A stretch of DNA of 64,000 nucleotides from a virus (Duplodnaviria > Caudoviricetes). The notes beneath the pieces are model-generated. The model saw nothing but the letters and a program-made list of their open reading frames with translations. It searched no databases and was not told where the DNA came from. Position numbers and translations under genes: made by a program. The stretch lies in IMG/VR virus record IMGVR_UViG_3300009128_001408, positions 2,082 to 66,081 of that record, one strand, 5' to 3'. Numbering within the stretch: the stretch's first letter is position 1; each line of letters starts with the position of its first letter. Below are positions 20,349 to 30,552 of the stretch, piece by piece.

Positions 20349-21173
20349 TTAATCAGCACCAAATAAAAATTCCTCAACCTGAGGGATTATTTTAGCACGA
20401 ATTATCTTTACCGTCTCAGCAGGGCTGGATGTAATAAACGACCTACCCTCAGTTCGATACTTCTCGTATATCTCGTAGTCATTGCCCCCAGGCGTGCAAC
20501 TGTCACCCACAAACCAAACGGCCGGGTCGTTGTAGTGGCGCAGGCAAAATGTCTTATCCCATCCAGCGGGAAATATATCGAAACTAGTCTGTCCGCCATA
20601 CTTTATCACAATCCCATCAACATCAGCCATGGCCAGCTCAAGGCCCACTTTTAAACCAGTTCGAATATTGTGCTGCGTATCGGCCTCTATGAAGAGATTT
20701 CGATCATCGAAATCTGCACACCTTCCAATAGGGCACCAGTTAAGCAGGGATCCTCGATAGTCAACAAAATTACCGCACATTGGCAGATTGTAGACAGGCG
20801 CAATTTTAGTGGCGAATTTAAGCTGGCCCAGCTGGACCTCTGCCAACAGTTTTTGAAAACTAGTCTCACCAATCTCGTCTCGCATAGACACCGATGATGA
20901 CATCATAATCTTTTGCTCTGATGCATCCCAGTAATAATGCTGGGTGCCATTGCACGGAAGCAGGTCAATATTTTCGGTAACGGAACTGGGTGCTTGTTCA
21001 AAAAATGGTGCCAACTGCTCCTCAATAAGTGAGACCGGGCTTCCGGTCACCAATCCGATGTGAGAGGCCTCAGAAAGCTCTATCAGGACATCTATCATCG
21101 TCGACCCGATTTTTCGTCGTGGCTCCGTCAGAGTGCCGTCTATGTCAAAGAGGACAATCGTAGCGTCGTCCAT
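20349..21173 (-). CDS. HAD-IIB eukaryote-type phosphomannomutase
   Basis: FDIDGTLT.PR, NWCPIGR, GGQTSFDIFP.GWDK..CL, FVGD...GGNDYEIY. Confidence 0.85.
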   Translation of the reverse strand: MDDATIVLFDIDGTLTEPRRKIGSTMIDVLIELSEASHIGLVTGSPVSLIEEQLAPFFEQAPSSVTENIDLLPCNGTQHYYWDASEQKIMMSSSVSMRDEIGETSFQKLLAEVQLGQLKFATKIAPVYNLPMCGNFVDYRGSLLNWCPIGRCADFDDRNLFIEADTQHNIRTGLKVGLELAMADVDGIVIKYGGQTSFDIFPAGWDKTFCLRHYNDPAVWFVGDSCTPGGNDYEIYEKYRTEGRSFITSSPAETVKIIRAKIIPQVEEFLFGAD

Positions 21174-21174
21174 G

Positions 21175-21390
21175 TCAATGCTTTTTCATCTTCTCGTTTA
21201 AATCGGCCAAAATAACCGAGCCAGTCCTGACAAATAGGAATGGCAAAAAAGCATGTATAGTTAGGACGACAGACGCAAAAAGGGTGCCCCTTAAAAACCC
21301 AAGAGCTCGAACAAGGTGTTGCAGGTATGTTAAGCCCTCTTCATTAAGGTGTCGTGTCAGCGCCTTCATTTTCAACTCCACTGCTATCAC
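21175..21390 (-). CDS. small membrane protein, DUF6356-like
   Basis: HL...TY.QH..RAL...IHA.LPFLF..TGS. Confidence 0.6.
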   Translation of the reverse strand: MIAVELKMKALTRHLNEEGLTYLQHLVRALGFLRGTLFASVVLTIHAFLPFLFVRTGSVILADLNEKMKKH

Positions 21391-21739
21391 TAATTAGTGG
21401 TTTCGAACTAGAAGTATCTGACTTTTTAGTATAAGCCCTCTTCTTTGCAGGTGTTTTCTTCGGCGCTGTGGTCGACTTCTTTGGTGTCGACGATGCAGTC
21501 TTTTTAGCGACAGCCTTACGCGTGGCGTCGGCTATCACTTCAGGTGTCTTCTTGACCATTGGGGCGCTCTTGGCTGGAGTTGCCCTCGAAAACGACGGTG
21601 CTTCACTCTTGGAAGGTGGCTCTACACCTATTGAAAGCAGGTATTTTTTAAACGTCGCATAACTAGTAATCTTGTTGTTTTGCATCCACTTGGCTACGTT
21701 AAGCTTCTTGCGCCTCTTGTAATAATTCCATGTCAACAC
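21344..21739 (-). CDS. basic Lys/Ala/Thr-rich protein (histone-like tail)
   Basis: KKTASSTPKKSTTAPKKTPAKK repeats. Confidence 0.6.
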   Translation of the reverse strand: MLTWNYYKRRKKLNVAKWMQNNKITSYATFKKYLLSIGVEPPSKSEAPSFSRATPAKSAPMVKKTPEVIADATRKAVAKKTASSTPKKSTTAPKKTPAKKRAYTKKSDTSSSKPLISDSSGVENEGADTTP

Positions 21740-21924
21740 TTTTTAGGTCTCCTCTTAATCTTCTCAAAATTAAATAGGTCATCGGGATCCACAATATCAT
21801 CGATATCATGTCCAAAACCAAAATTTTTAATCCTTGGAAATGCCCTTTTTTTCTTTCTAGGTCGACGGATCACACTGACATCAAAGACATCCGCGCCCTT
21901 TTTATGGCGCTTTTTCTTGCTCAT
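21733..21924 (-). CDS. small basic hypothetical protein
   Basis: GAGG RBS; operon tiling. Confidence 0.55.
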   Translation of the reverse strand: MSKKKRHKKGADVFDVSVIRRPRKKKRAFPRIKNFGFGHDIDDIVDPDDLFNFEKIKRRPKKC

Positions 21925-21931
21925 TTACCTC

Positions 21932-22282
21932 TCACGCACTAAAGTCTATAAACTCATCCAAATTAATAGCACCTGTAGCGAGCAACATAATAACATCACT
22001 AACCCACTCCTGAAATGTATCTTTAATACGAGGATCAACCGACAGTGTCATGTTTAGAATAACAATGTCGCAGAGGTCGTCAATTGTGGGTGGCTCGAAT
22101 TTATCATCATATAACGCGTACTCGTGAATGTTCACAAATTGAGTCATCGCATCAGTTACAAATGGCTCCACCAAGGTATCATCATCGATACAAAGCCTAA
22201 GCGCGGCGTTTACACCCAGCGATTCTAAGATCTCAAATAAGTCTGAGACTGGCCTAGGGCCTTCATCACTATCGTCCTGCAT
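21932..22282 (-). CDS. acidic hypothetical protein
   Basis: Likely start MQDD at 22282. Confidence 0.55.
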   Translation of the reverse strand: MQDDSDEGPRPVSDLFEILESLGVNAALRLCIDDDTLVEPFVTDAMTQFVNIHEYALYDDKFEPPTIDDLCDIVILNMTLSVDPRIKDTFQEWVSDVIMLLATGAINLDEFIDFSA

Positions 22283-22550
22283 CAATCCCTTGAAGCATCT
22301 CACAAATTCCCGCCTGAAACTGTGGGTTCCTGGCGACTGCCTTCGTGCTTGCTTTAGCATAATTATCTGCACAAACTCTTTCGGCAAACTTTTCCATGAC
22401 CTGGAGAAACTTATTTCGAGCCGTAGCATGGTTCATCTTGTGCCCATCCTTCGTCATAATCTCCGAGATAGTCCGATAGTCATGACCCTGATATTCCTTG
22501 GCAACAGTGGCATAACCACCGCTAATCTTGTGTCCTTTTGGCATACTCAT
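22269..22550 (-). CDS. hypothetical protein, possible HTH
   Basis: AAGGAG RBS; YRTISEIM...HATARN helix-turn-helix-like. Confidence 0.55.
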   Translation of the reverse strand: MSMPKGHKISGGYATVAKEYQGHDYRTISEIMTKDGHKMNHATARNKFLQVMEKFAERVCADNYAKASTKAVARNPQFQAGICEMLQGIDAGR

Positions 22551-22570
22551 AATTATTGTCTCCTTGGGGC

Positions 22571-23041
22571 CTATCGCCACCTTGAAATGTTAAAATTGCA
22601 AACAGTCCTAACAGCATCCGGACTCAACTGTCCACCAGGAAAAAACCTGGTACACTCCTCGATAGTCGAGGCAATATCCCACCCCTCAATGCGGCGTAAG
22701 ATACCACAAATAATACCTGTACATGAAAAACCGTCGTCATCATAAATGTAGATCTTAGAGTCGGAATTCTTGACCAGAATGTAGTCAATAATATCCGACA
22801 GTCGCTGGTCATTCTGGCTCTCGGTCGGGGAGATTGGAAAGTGAATCAGTTCAATCTTGTTAGACTTTCCAAGGGCCCGTTCAGGAGTACCTGGAAATCC
22901 TACACCTAAACTGACAAACTTCCTAATGCCCAGTCCGGTTATAAACTTCACGGCGCCTGTATCTGGAAATCTACCCCTAACAATTCTGTGATTATGATGG
23001 GCAAACATTGCGGGAGGGTGAACGTTGGTTGGAATCAGCAC
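22571..23041 (-). CDS. Siw14/Oca-like phosphatase-fold protein lacking the CX5R motif
   Basis: PP.MF...VRG.FP, TGIICGILRRIEGW..ASTIEE..RF; P-loop reads YDDDGFSCTG. Confidence 0.65.
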   Translation of the reverse strand: MLIPTNVHPPAMFAHHNHRIVRGRFPDTGAVKFITGLGIRKFVSLGVGFPGTPERALGKSNKIELIHFPISPTESQNDQRLSDIIDYILVKNSDSKIYIYDDDGFSCTGIICGILRRIEGWDIASTIEECTRFFPGGQLSPDAVRTVCNFNISRWR

Positions 23042-23814
23042 TATTTTTCTCCTGGTGCGCCGAGCGCATTGATCATATCATCATGACTCATCTTAAACTT
23101 ATCAGTACTATTATAGTCGGACTCGCTAAGGCCAAAGCGAAGTCGAATAATCTTCTCCTCCTTCGCTGTCAAGCTACCTAGGACATCCCTAACCTGTTCC
23201 AGCAGCTCTGACCTCTCGAGAACCTGATCAGGCTGCTTAGCACTGTCATCCTCAATCTTGCGATGCAAGCTAGGAGAATCACTATCACCCCCTGGGAATG
23301 TTGCATCAATGGATACGGTACTAACATTTGTCCGCTTTACATTCTTAACCTGGCGGACTGTAACACCAAGAATCCCAGCAATCTCCTCGTCGGTAGGCTT
23401 CGTACCGAACTCGTGCTCATACTCCTCATTCAACCTTTTGATCTTAATATAAAGGCCTGTGATGTGTCCTGGCACGCGAATAGTCCTGCCGATATCCTCT
23501 AGGTGCCTTGTAATAGACTGTCGAATCCACCAGCAGCCGTAGGTGCTAAAACGACATCCTCTTCGCCAGTCAAACTTATCAACAGCTTTCATTAGGCCGA
23601 TGTTGCCCTCCTGGATCAGGTCCTCTAAAGAGGCGCCTCGATTCTGGTATTTCTTAGCGACTGAAATTACGAGACGAAGGTTGGACTCAATCATCCTGTC
23701 CCTGGACGGTCGATGCCCTTCCTCAATCTTTTTTGAGAGCTCGACTTCCTGTTCCCTGGTCAGCAGTTTACCCTTAGAGAGCTGTTTAAAATATGTTTGT
23801 AGTGTTGTTGCCAA
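23041..23814 (-). CDS. sigma70-family RNA polymerase sigma factor (regions 1.2-4)
   Basis: NLRLVISVAKKY, DLIQEGNIGLMKAVDKFD, FSTYGCWWIRQ, IIRLRFGL. Confidence 0.93.
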   Translation of the reverse strand: MATTLQTYFKQLSKGKLLTREQEVELSKKIEEGHRPSRDRMIESNLRLVISVAKKYQNRGASLEDLIQEGNIGLMKAVDKFDWRRGCRFSTYGCWWIRQSITRHLEDIGRTIRVPGHITGLYIKIKRLNEEYEHEFGTKPTDEEIAGILGVTVRQVKNVKRTNVSTVSIDATFPGGDSDSPSLHRKIEDDSAKQPDQVLERSELLEQVRDVLGSLTAKEEKIIRLRFGLSESDYNSTDKFKMSHDDMINALGAPGEK

Positions 23815-23838
23815 TGTGGTCTTCTCCTTATATATGTT

Positions 23839-23866
23839 ATATTAACACTTCACGCGGTGCATTACA
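23839..23866 (-). promoter_or_regulatory. class I promoter TGTAAT-N16-TAATAT
   Basis: Upstream of the sigma gene, which has an AAGGAG RBS. Confidence 0.6.
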
Positions 23867-23882
23867 CGCGCTCATGCTACTT

Positions 23883-24053
23883 TTAACTTTTATTTTCCTG
23901 CTGGTCAAAAATTACGACAGCGACAGATATGCCTGTCGCCAGTGGCCAGAAAGCCAGCCACAAGAATAAGATAATTAAAAATGTCAGACAGCCATTGTCA
24001 AAAACAGCTAAGGGCGGACATATAAAACAAAAAAGTAGCCTAAGTGCAAGCAT
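23883..24053 (-). CDS. YqaE/Pmp3-family small membrane proteolipid (absent from ORF track)
   Basis: Hand translation MLALRLLFCFICPPLAVFDNGCLTFLIILFLWLAFWPLATGISVAVVIFDQQENKS; PPLAV..GC motif; own promoter at 24063-24090. Confidence 0.65.
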   Translation of the reverse strand: MLALRLLFCFICPPLAVFDNGCLTFLIILFLWLAFWPLATGISVAVVIFDQQENKS

Positions 24054-24062
24054 TACATAAAG

Positions 24063-24090
24063 ATAATACCACTTAGCTAAGTTGATTACA
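24063..24090 (-). promoter_or_regulatory. class I promoter TGTAAT-N16-TATTAT
   Basis: Conserved motif and spacing. Confidence 0.55.
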
Positions 24091-24095
24091 CGAGA

Positions 24096-24296
24096 TTACT
24101 CGAACTTAACGTATGGCCTTAAAATATCATCGACGCTCCTAATCAGCGTCTCGAGCTCATCAGCAAAAGTTGACTCCTTCATAACGGCAGCTGGATTCTG
24201 TCTGTCGACCTTCTCATAACGAAGCACAAGGTGCTTGCGAAGATCAGCGATCATTTGAATTGTCTCTTGATTCATGTTACCTCCGGATTGAACCAT
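24096..24296 (-). CDS. hypothetical protein
   Basis: GGAGG RBS before the second ATG; promoter upstream. Confidence 0.65.
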   Translation of the reverse strand: MVQSGGNMNQETIQMIADLRKHLVLRYEKVDRQNPAAVMKESTFADELETLIRSVDDILRPYVKFE

Positions 24297-24301
24297 GGAT
24301 A

Positions 24302-24329
24302 ATATTAATCACTATGTTGTGCATGTACA
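24302..24329 (-). promoter_or_regulatory. class I promoter TGTACA-N16-TAATAT
   Basis: Conserved motif and spacing. Confidence 0.55.
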
Positions 24330-24334
24330 ATAGT

Positions 24335-24496
24335 TTATTCCTCATCCGTCTCTTTAATAAAACCTGCGCCGGCCATGGCTACAGCGGTAAACCAAGCGCA
24401 AAATTCTGACATATCATTTGTAACAAGCGCCATTATTCCGCCTAAAATTCCCATAATAACCGTGGCCAGATATGTAGTTCTCAATATTCTTTTCAT
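24335..24496 (-). CDS. small two-helix membrane protein (absent from ORF track)
   Basis: Hand translation MKRILRTTYLATVIMGILGGIMALVTNDMSEFCAWFTAVAMAGAGFIKETDEE; ATGA overlap with upstream gene. Confidence 0.55.
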   Translation of the reverse strand: MKRILRTTYLATVIMGILGGIMALVTNDMSEFCAWFTAVAMAGAGFIKETDEE

Positions 24497-24942
24497 GCCT
24501 TATAGTCCTCGTGCGTGCCAAAGATGCGATCAAAGATCGGATAGACTCCGGCAAAATTAACATGTGCCCTATGATGATGATGCATATGATGCAACGCAAA
24601 TTTTGATCGATCTCCGTTGTGAGTAATTAGGTGTCGATATCCGTAAACACGTGCAAACGTTAAAAGGCCGAGAGCAAAGCCAGGAGTTATTATAAATGCC
24701 GATGCGAAAAATAACGAACCAAGTGATAATTTGCCCCATGTCGGCGTCACAAGATACTCATTAATATGATCATCAAATGTGTGCTGATGATGTAGGGTGT
24801 GTAATTTTCTAGTATTCTTTAACAGTGGCAGCCGACCAAGCTGACCATGAAAGACAAACCTGTGATTTAAATACAGGACCAATGCTGCAATTATATGTCC
24901 AACCGCTATCCAAGCAGCAAATATGACTATCTCATTTAACAT
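24493..24942 (-). CDS. fatty acid hydroxylase / sterol desaturase family membrane protein
   Basis: His boxes HRFVFH, HTLHH, HLITH, HHMHHHH; NF...FDRIFGT. Confidence 0.8.
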   Translation of the reverse strand: MLNEIVIFAAWIAVGHIIAALVLYLNHRFVFHGQLGRLPLLKNTRKLHTLHHQHTFDDHINEYLVTPTWGKLSLGSLFFASAFIITPGFALGLLTFARVYGYRHLITHNGDRSKFALHHMHHHHRAHVNFAGVYPIFDRIFGTHEDYKA

Positions 24943-24949
24943 AGTGGCG

Positions 24950-25306
24950 TTACATTAATAGTCTAACCATCACACAGGCATGTGTTAAGGCTAAAATCCC
25001 ATATACGACCATTAAAACATTTACAAATTTTTGGACCCACTTTTTCTTACTCTTCGTCCATGATGCATAAATTATAACGCAACATGCAAAAACGGTCACT
25101 ATCTTCCATACAAAAAACGTTGACGGACCCCAGGTGAACAGAGGTGCAACAATAGGATTGGCCTCCTGATAGCCCAGTCTATCAACAAAAATTATCGTGA
25201 AAAATGCATCTATAATATTGAGCAGAAGGACAACGGATAGTGAAAGAATTAAATTAACGTGAGTAAGGGCATCAATAGTCTTTAACTTGCTAGCTGTCGT
25301 ATCCAT
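24950..25306 (-). CDS. membrane protein, DUF5658-like
   Basis: LNIIDAFFT...EANPI...FFVWK. Confidence 0.7.
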   Translation of the reverse strand: MDTTASKLKTIDALTHVNLILSLSVVLLLNIIDAFFTIIFVDRLGYQEANPIVAPLFTWGPSTFFVWKIVTVFACCVIIYASWTKSKKKWVQKFVNVLMVVYGILALTHACVMVRLLM

Positions 25307-25312
25307 CGCGAC

Positions 25313-25501
25313 TCACATATCAATAATCACGACACCACGTCGGGGCGTGTCTGGTTTAGGATTGTCCTGGGAGGTGGGATGACTTCCGGTCCTATGCGTA
25401 TCAATCTCATAGGGTTGTGGGGGTGGAGGCAACGGAACCTGCTGGCGCTCCTGTCGGCGACGCTTTCGTCGAATTATGGGTATTAGGGGCCACGGGGACA
25501 T
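25313..25501 (-). CDS. small Pro/Arg-rich hypothetical protein
   Basis: ORF with class II motif upstream; ends RGVVIIDM. Confidence 0.5.
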   Translation of the reverse strand: MSPWPLIPIIRRKRRRQERQQVPLPPPPQPYEIDTHRTGSHPTSQDNPKPDTPRRGVVIIDM

Positions 25502-25546
25502 TCTAGCCTTTCATACTAATATAAATATGCAGAAACTTAAGACTTG

Positions 25547-26212
25547 TTAATTGACTGAATGCTTGATAGTATAATCAACAATAAAATAATTGGCCTGCAG
25601 CGTATCAATATCTTCGTCTTCAAAGTCCGGCTCTTCAGCAATATGTTCATAGTACCCGCTGTCAATCTCACCGCTTTTAGACTCTCCTTCATTAACCAAC
25701 TCTAACAGGTTAGTTGTGAGCTTCATAGCCAGGCTTCTCTTTGAGGACTCAATCTCGGCGTTTAGTTTAGGAATCTGTTCTAGCCATGCATCCTTGACAA
25801 TGGCATCCTGACCCGGCTTGAGCCTGCCTATTCCCAACTGGTCCTGCAAGTACTTGTCTATTATGCTCGTAACATCTCGCTTCTCCAGCTCGGCACGTGC
25901 AAGAAATCCAGACACGAATGCCTCGGTCTCTATCATGCACGCAAAATACTCAGGACCGCACTGGTTATGTGTAACCTCTTCCATGTCAGCCTGACCGAGG
26001 TGCGTCATCTCATGGACAATAGCATCATACAGCTCAGCGCGAAGCGCGGATCGATCACCATCACTAAGGTCACGATCGATCCTAATTTCAACCTCAATAT
26101 TCGGTTCACCGGTATCATTCATGCCAGCAGAGGCTTCAACGTTAAAACCTATGTTCGAGTAGGTGCCCTCTTGAAGGACTGCCAGAATAATATTACGAAG
26201 CCTCATCATCAT
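25547..26212 (-). CDS. leader-bearing HExxH (zincin-like) protein
   Basis: MRLRNIILAVLQE leader; HEMTH..Q and downstream ETEAF. Confidence 0.6.
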   Translation of the reverse strand: MMMRLRNIILAVLQEGTYSNIGFNVEASAGMNDTGEPNIEVEIRIDRDLSDGDRSALRAELYDAIVHEMTHLGQADMEEVTHNQCGPEYFACMIETEAFVSGFLARAELEKRDVTSIIDKYLQDQLGIGRLKPGQDAIVKDAWLEQIPKLNAEIESSKRSLAMKLTTNLLELVNEGESKSGEIDSGYYEHIAEEPDFEDEDIDTLQANYFIVDYTIKHSVN

Positions 26213-26789
26213 TACCTCTCTCAATCGCCACAGCCAAGGAGGCGGGATCCCCCAATTCATCCTTTGCCAGCCTCTGCTTTCCCACAAGCACTGCCTCCAA
26301 GTGATCGGTGCTCCACTCATCCTCCAAGTACACAGGGGCACCAAGGACTTCTCTTGAGGCGCCTGACGAGTATTGGGAAACTAGGGCGTCTTTATAGTGC
26401 CTGCCTGAATCGTAGTACTTGCGTTGGACATCAGCATCGTTACTAGAGACAGACTCGTCGGGATGCAGTTTGTCAAGCTGGCTCTCGGGAACGTATCCGT
26501 GGATTAATACGCCGGTCCGGTCAAAACCTGTCCAGTCCATCCGGTTCTCATTATGGCCAACAGTAAACCAGATTGCATCGAGCACATTGTGCGGAGAGTG
26601 GCGTTTCATTTTGCCGCCCTTCATGATCGCCTGCAGGTTCGCAGCACTGGTCTGGTGTGTAACCGGCAGGCCCTTACCTGGGACAAGTAGCTTTTTTATC
26701 TCCATCCTCCACTGCGGCTCGTAATTTCCAGCAGCCTTGGATAAAAACTCACGCCACCCCTCCATTATGAGATTCATGTCATCACTCAT
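26193..26789 (-). CDS. leader-bearing protein, possible ADP-ribosyltransferase fold
   Basis: MNLIMEGWREFL leader; THQTS..NL.AI..GG...AIWFT resembles ART H-G-T and aromatic-x-S/T strands. Confidence 0.5.
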   Translation of the reverse strand: MSDDMNLIMEGWREFLSKAAGNYEPQWRMEIKKLLVPGKGLPVTHQTSAANLQAIMKGGKMKRHSPHNVLDAIWFTVGHNENRMDWTGFDRTGVLIHGYVPESQLDKLHPDESVSSNDADVQRKYYDSGRHYKDALVSQYSSGASREVLGAPVYLEDEWSTDHLEAVLVGKQRLAKDELGDPASLAVAIERGNDDEAS

Positions 26790-26790
26790 C

Positions 26791-27081
26791 TCATACAACC
26801 TTCACAAATCTTCCGTAGAAATTAATTACAGCATCCTTCAGGTCAGCCTTAGAGCCGTTGTACTTGACGCTAGCATAATAGTGATCGCCCTTCTTTCGAA
26901 ACTTGCCATTAGACTTGACAATATTCCTCTGCTTGAGATTGAAAAGGGCGAGACGAAGGTCAGAGTCATAGGCGGCTGACAGGGTTGCCGACTTTGTCTT
27001 TTTGGCCTTGGACTTAGATTTTTTACGCTTTTTAGCTACCTCTTGCAGTGTAGACAGTATTATGTTTCTTAGGCTTGACAC
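26791..27081 (-). CDS. basic hypothetical protein with leader MSSLRNIILSTLQE
   Basis: GAGG RBS; class II motif at 27104-27113. Confidence 0.65.
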   Translation of the reverse strand: MSSLRNIILSTLQEVAKKRKKSKSKAKKTKSATLSAAYDSDLRLALFNLKQRNIVKSNGKFRKKGDHYYASVKYNGSKADLKDAVINFYGRFVKVV

Positions 27082-27111
27082 GTGACCTCGCAGAACTCTA
27101 CTAGATAAGTA

Positions 27112-28716
<1,605 letters not shown>

Positions 28717-28914
28717 CTAATCCCTCAGTAACGTCCTCTTACACTCCAACATCAGGCCCTCTGAGTGTATAACACGACGAACCTGTGTTACTACATCAAT
28801 CGCAACAATAAGATCACCCTCAACGACTGCTGTCTCGTTTTGTGCCAGCAGGCCTCGGGATCGAAGGGACTCTAGGTCCTTGGTAGACAGTGAATTTCCA
28901 GTATTATTTCTCAT
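28717..28914 (-). CDS. hypothetical protein
   Basis: ORF abutting groEL; likely start MRNN. Confidence 0.55.
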   Translation of the reverse strand: MRNNTGNSLSTKDLESLRSRGLLAQNETAVVEGDLIVAIDVVTQVRRVIHSEGLMLECKRTLLRD

Positions 28915-28943
28915 GCAAAATAATATCGACTCAGTCGATACTG

Positions 28944-29750
28944 TTAATTTTGCTGAGCCCAAAGATTATCAAAAGTCTCTGTGAATTTCTTCCAGCTCTT
29001 ATCGTTTACAATTGAGTTAAACTCAAGCTGACTAAATGTGTCTCGAACCTTGTCCCAGCTGTATGTGGGAGATGACACCTCTAGGCTCGTCATCTCATTG
29101 TCCAGTCCATCAAACCTGATCAACTGCAAATTCCTCTCAAATACACTTCGATTATCGTCGGCTGAGAGCTTGGATTCCATGAGCTCAGGATCCATGATCA
29201 TCTTTAACGCTGTCTTATCACCGACGCCTGGAATTCCTGGAATGGCGTCAGCCGAGTCTCCTCGAAGCGCCTTCCATGTAACATAGTCGTAGTCTGGCTC
29301 ATCGATAAACTTCTTGCTGACTGGATTATAAAGTTGGACAGTATCAAACTCGTTAAGAAGCTGGATAAAGTCGGTGTCGCTGGAAATAATTGTCACGTCA
29401 TCTGAGGGATGCCAATGCCTGACAATTCCTCCGACAACGTCATCCGCCTCATAATTAGGATGTCGAATAATCTCGATAGGAAACGACTCTGCCAGCAGAT
29501 CCATGCAGACCTGCTTGTGCCCACTAAACACACTCGGCGCCTTAGACCTATTTGACTTGTATCCTGCTAGAAGCTCAACGTTTCCTACGGGCTCTCCCTC
29601 GACGACAAAATAGGCTCGATCTGGCTTAAATTTCTCCACGATAGGCCTGAGTGACCGAAAAAAGTTGTAGATCGTGTGAAACTCTCCAAACCGATTCCCG
29701 TGATAGGCACGATACATCAGATTATAGCCATCCAGAATGAGGACCCTCAA
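28944..29750 (-). CDS. 5'-3' exonuclease / flap endonuclease (PolI N-terminal or RNase H-like)
   Basis: ILDGYNL, YKSNR, EADD, SSDTDF.Q, GDSAD.IPGIPGVG.KTA. Confidence 0.9.
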   Translation of the reverse strand: MRVLILDGYNLMYRAYHGNRFGEFHTIYNFFRSLRPIVEKFKPDRAYFVVEGEPVGNVELLAGYKSNRSKAPSVFSGHKQVCMDLLAESFPIEIIRHPNYEADDVVGGIVRHWHPSDDVTIISSDTDFIQLLNEFDTVQLYNPVSKKFIDEPDYDYVTWKALRGDSADAIPGIPGVGDKTALKMIMDPELMESKLSADDNRSVFERNLQLIRFDGLDNEMTSLEVSSPTYSWDKVRDTFSQLEFNSIVNDKSWKKFTETFDNLWAQQN

Positions 29751-30295
29751 GTGCCAGTCCCAATCAGGTCCTGAAACTCTGGAGGTAGATGGATCCTGGC
29801 CCTGGTACCATCCTCTAACTGCAAATCTACTCCGTCGACCTCAGTAACAGCAGCGCTCTCAATCTGATCACTGATCAAATCTTCCTCAAATTGGAGGGGA
29901 TCGTCAACTGGCACATCATCCAATATAGACTCAAGCGTTGGCTCCTGCACCGTGGGCGTAGGTTCCTTCTTAGGAGGTGCTACGATCACAGGACGAGCAG
30001 GAGAGTAGTCAAACTTCTTCTTAGCGATCGTCGTAGCTGACTTTAATAGTCGAATAATGGCCTGCTCTGCATTCTTCATCATATGAGCCTTGACAGCATC
30101 CTCGCTAATGAAGACCTGATTCTTGGCCACCTTTAGATTGACAGGCTCGTCCCTGTCAGGGAAATTTACCATATAATCGACAGTAGTGCCACCAAGCGAC
30201 TTACGCTTAATCTCCTCACAAATTCTCACGGGCACAACGCCCTTACTAGCACCTGCAAGGATAAACAGGATCTGGCCTACTTCATACTTTGTCAT
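29747..30295 (-). CDS. hypothetical protein
   Basis: GGAG RBS; promoter upstream. Confidence 0.65.
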   Translation of the reverse strand: MTKYEVGQILFILAGASKGVVPVRICEEIKRKSLGGTTVDYMVNFPDRDEPVNLKVAKNQVFISEDAVKAHMMKNAEQAIIRLLKSATTIAKKKFDYSPARPVIVAPPKKEPTPTVQEPTLESILDDVPVDDPLQFEEDLISDQIESAAVTEVDGVDLQLEDGTRARIHLPPEFQDLIGTGT

Positions 30296-30318
30296 ACGAA
30301 TTAATCTCCCACAGTCTT

Positions 30319-30346
30319 ATTTTATCAAATAAGTCAAAAGAGTACA
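30319..30346 (-). promoter_or_regulatory. class I promoter TGTACT-N16-TAAAAT
   Basis: Heads the exonuclease-groEL operon. Confidence 0.55.
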
Positions 30347-30351
30347 CGTAA

Positions 30352-30528
30352 TTAGCGTTGTAGGTCTTTTGTAAGTACGATAAGCTTATCATGCGGGGGA
30401 TGCTTTTGCTCGTAGACAGCTAAATCTAACTGTGCAAGGACCTGTCGCAGCTTAACATCCTCACGGTGTCCACCGTAAATCTCATAAGCCTTGATTAGTT
30501 CCTCAACAACTGATTGATGTAATTTCAT
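30352..30528 (-). CDS. small hypothetical protein (absent from ORF track)
   Basis: GGAG RBS; MKLHQSVVEELIKAYEIYGG...LTKDLQR. Confidence 0.5.
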   Translation of the reverse strand: MKLHQSVVEELIKAYEIYGGHREDVKLRQVLAQLDLAVYEQKHPPHDKLIVLTKDLQR

Positions 30529-30552
30529 TATCTCTCCAAATTTAGATTAATT

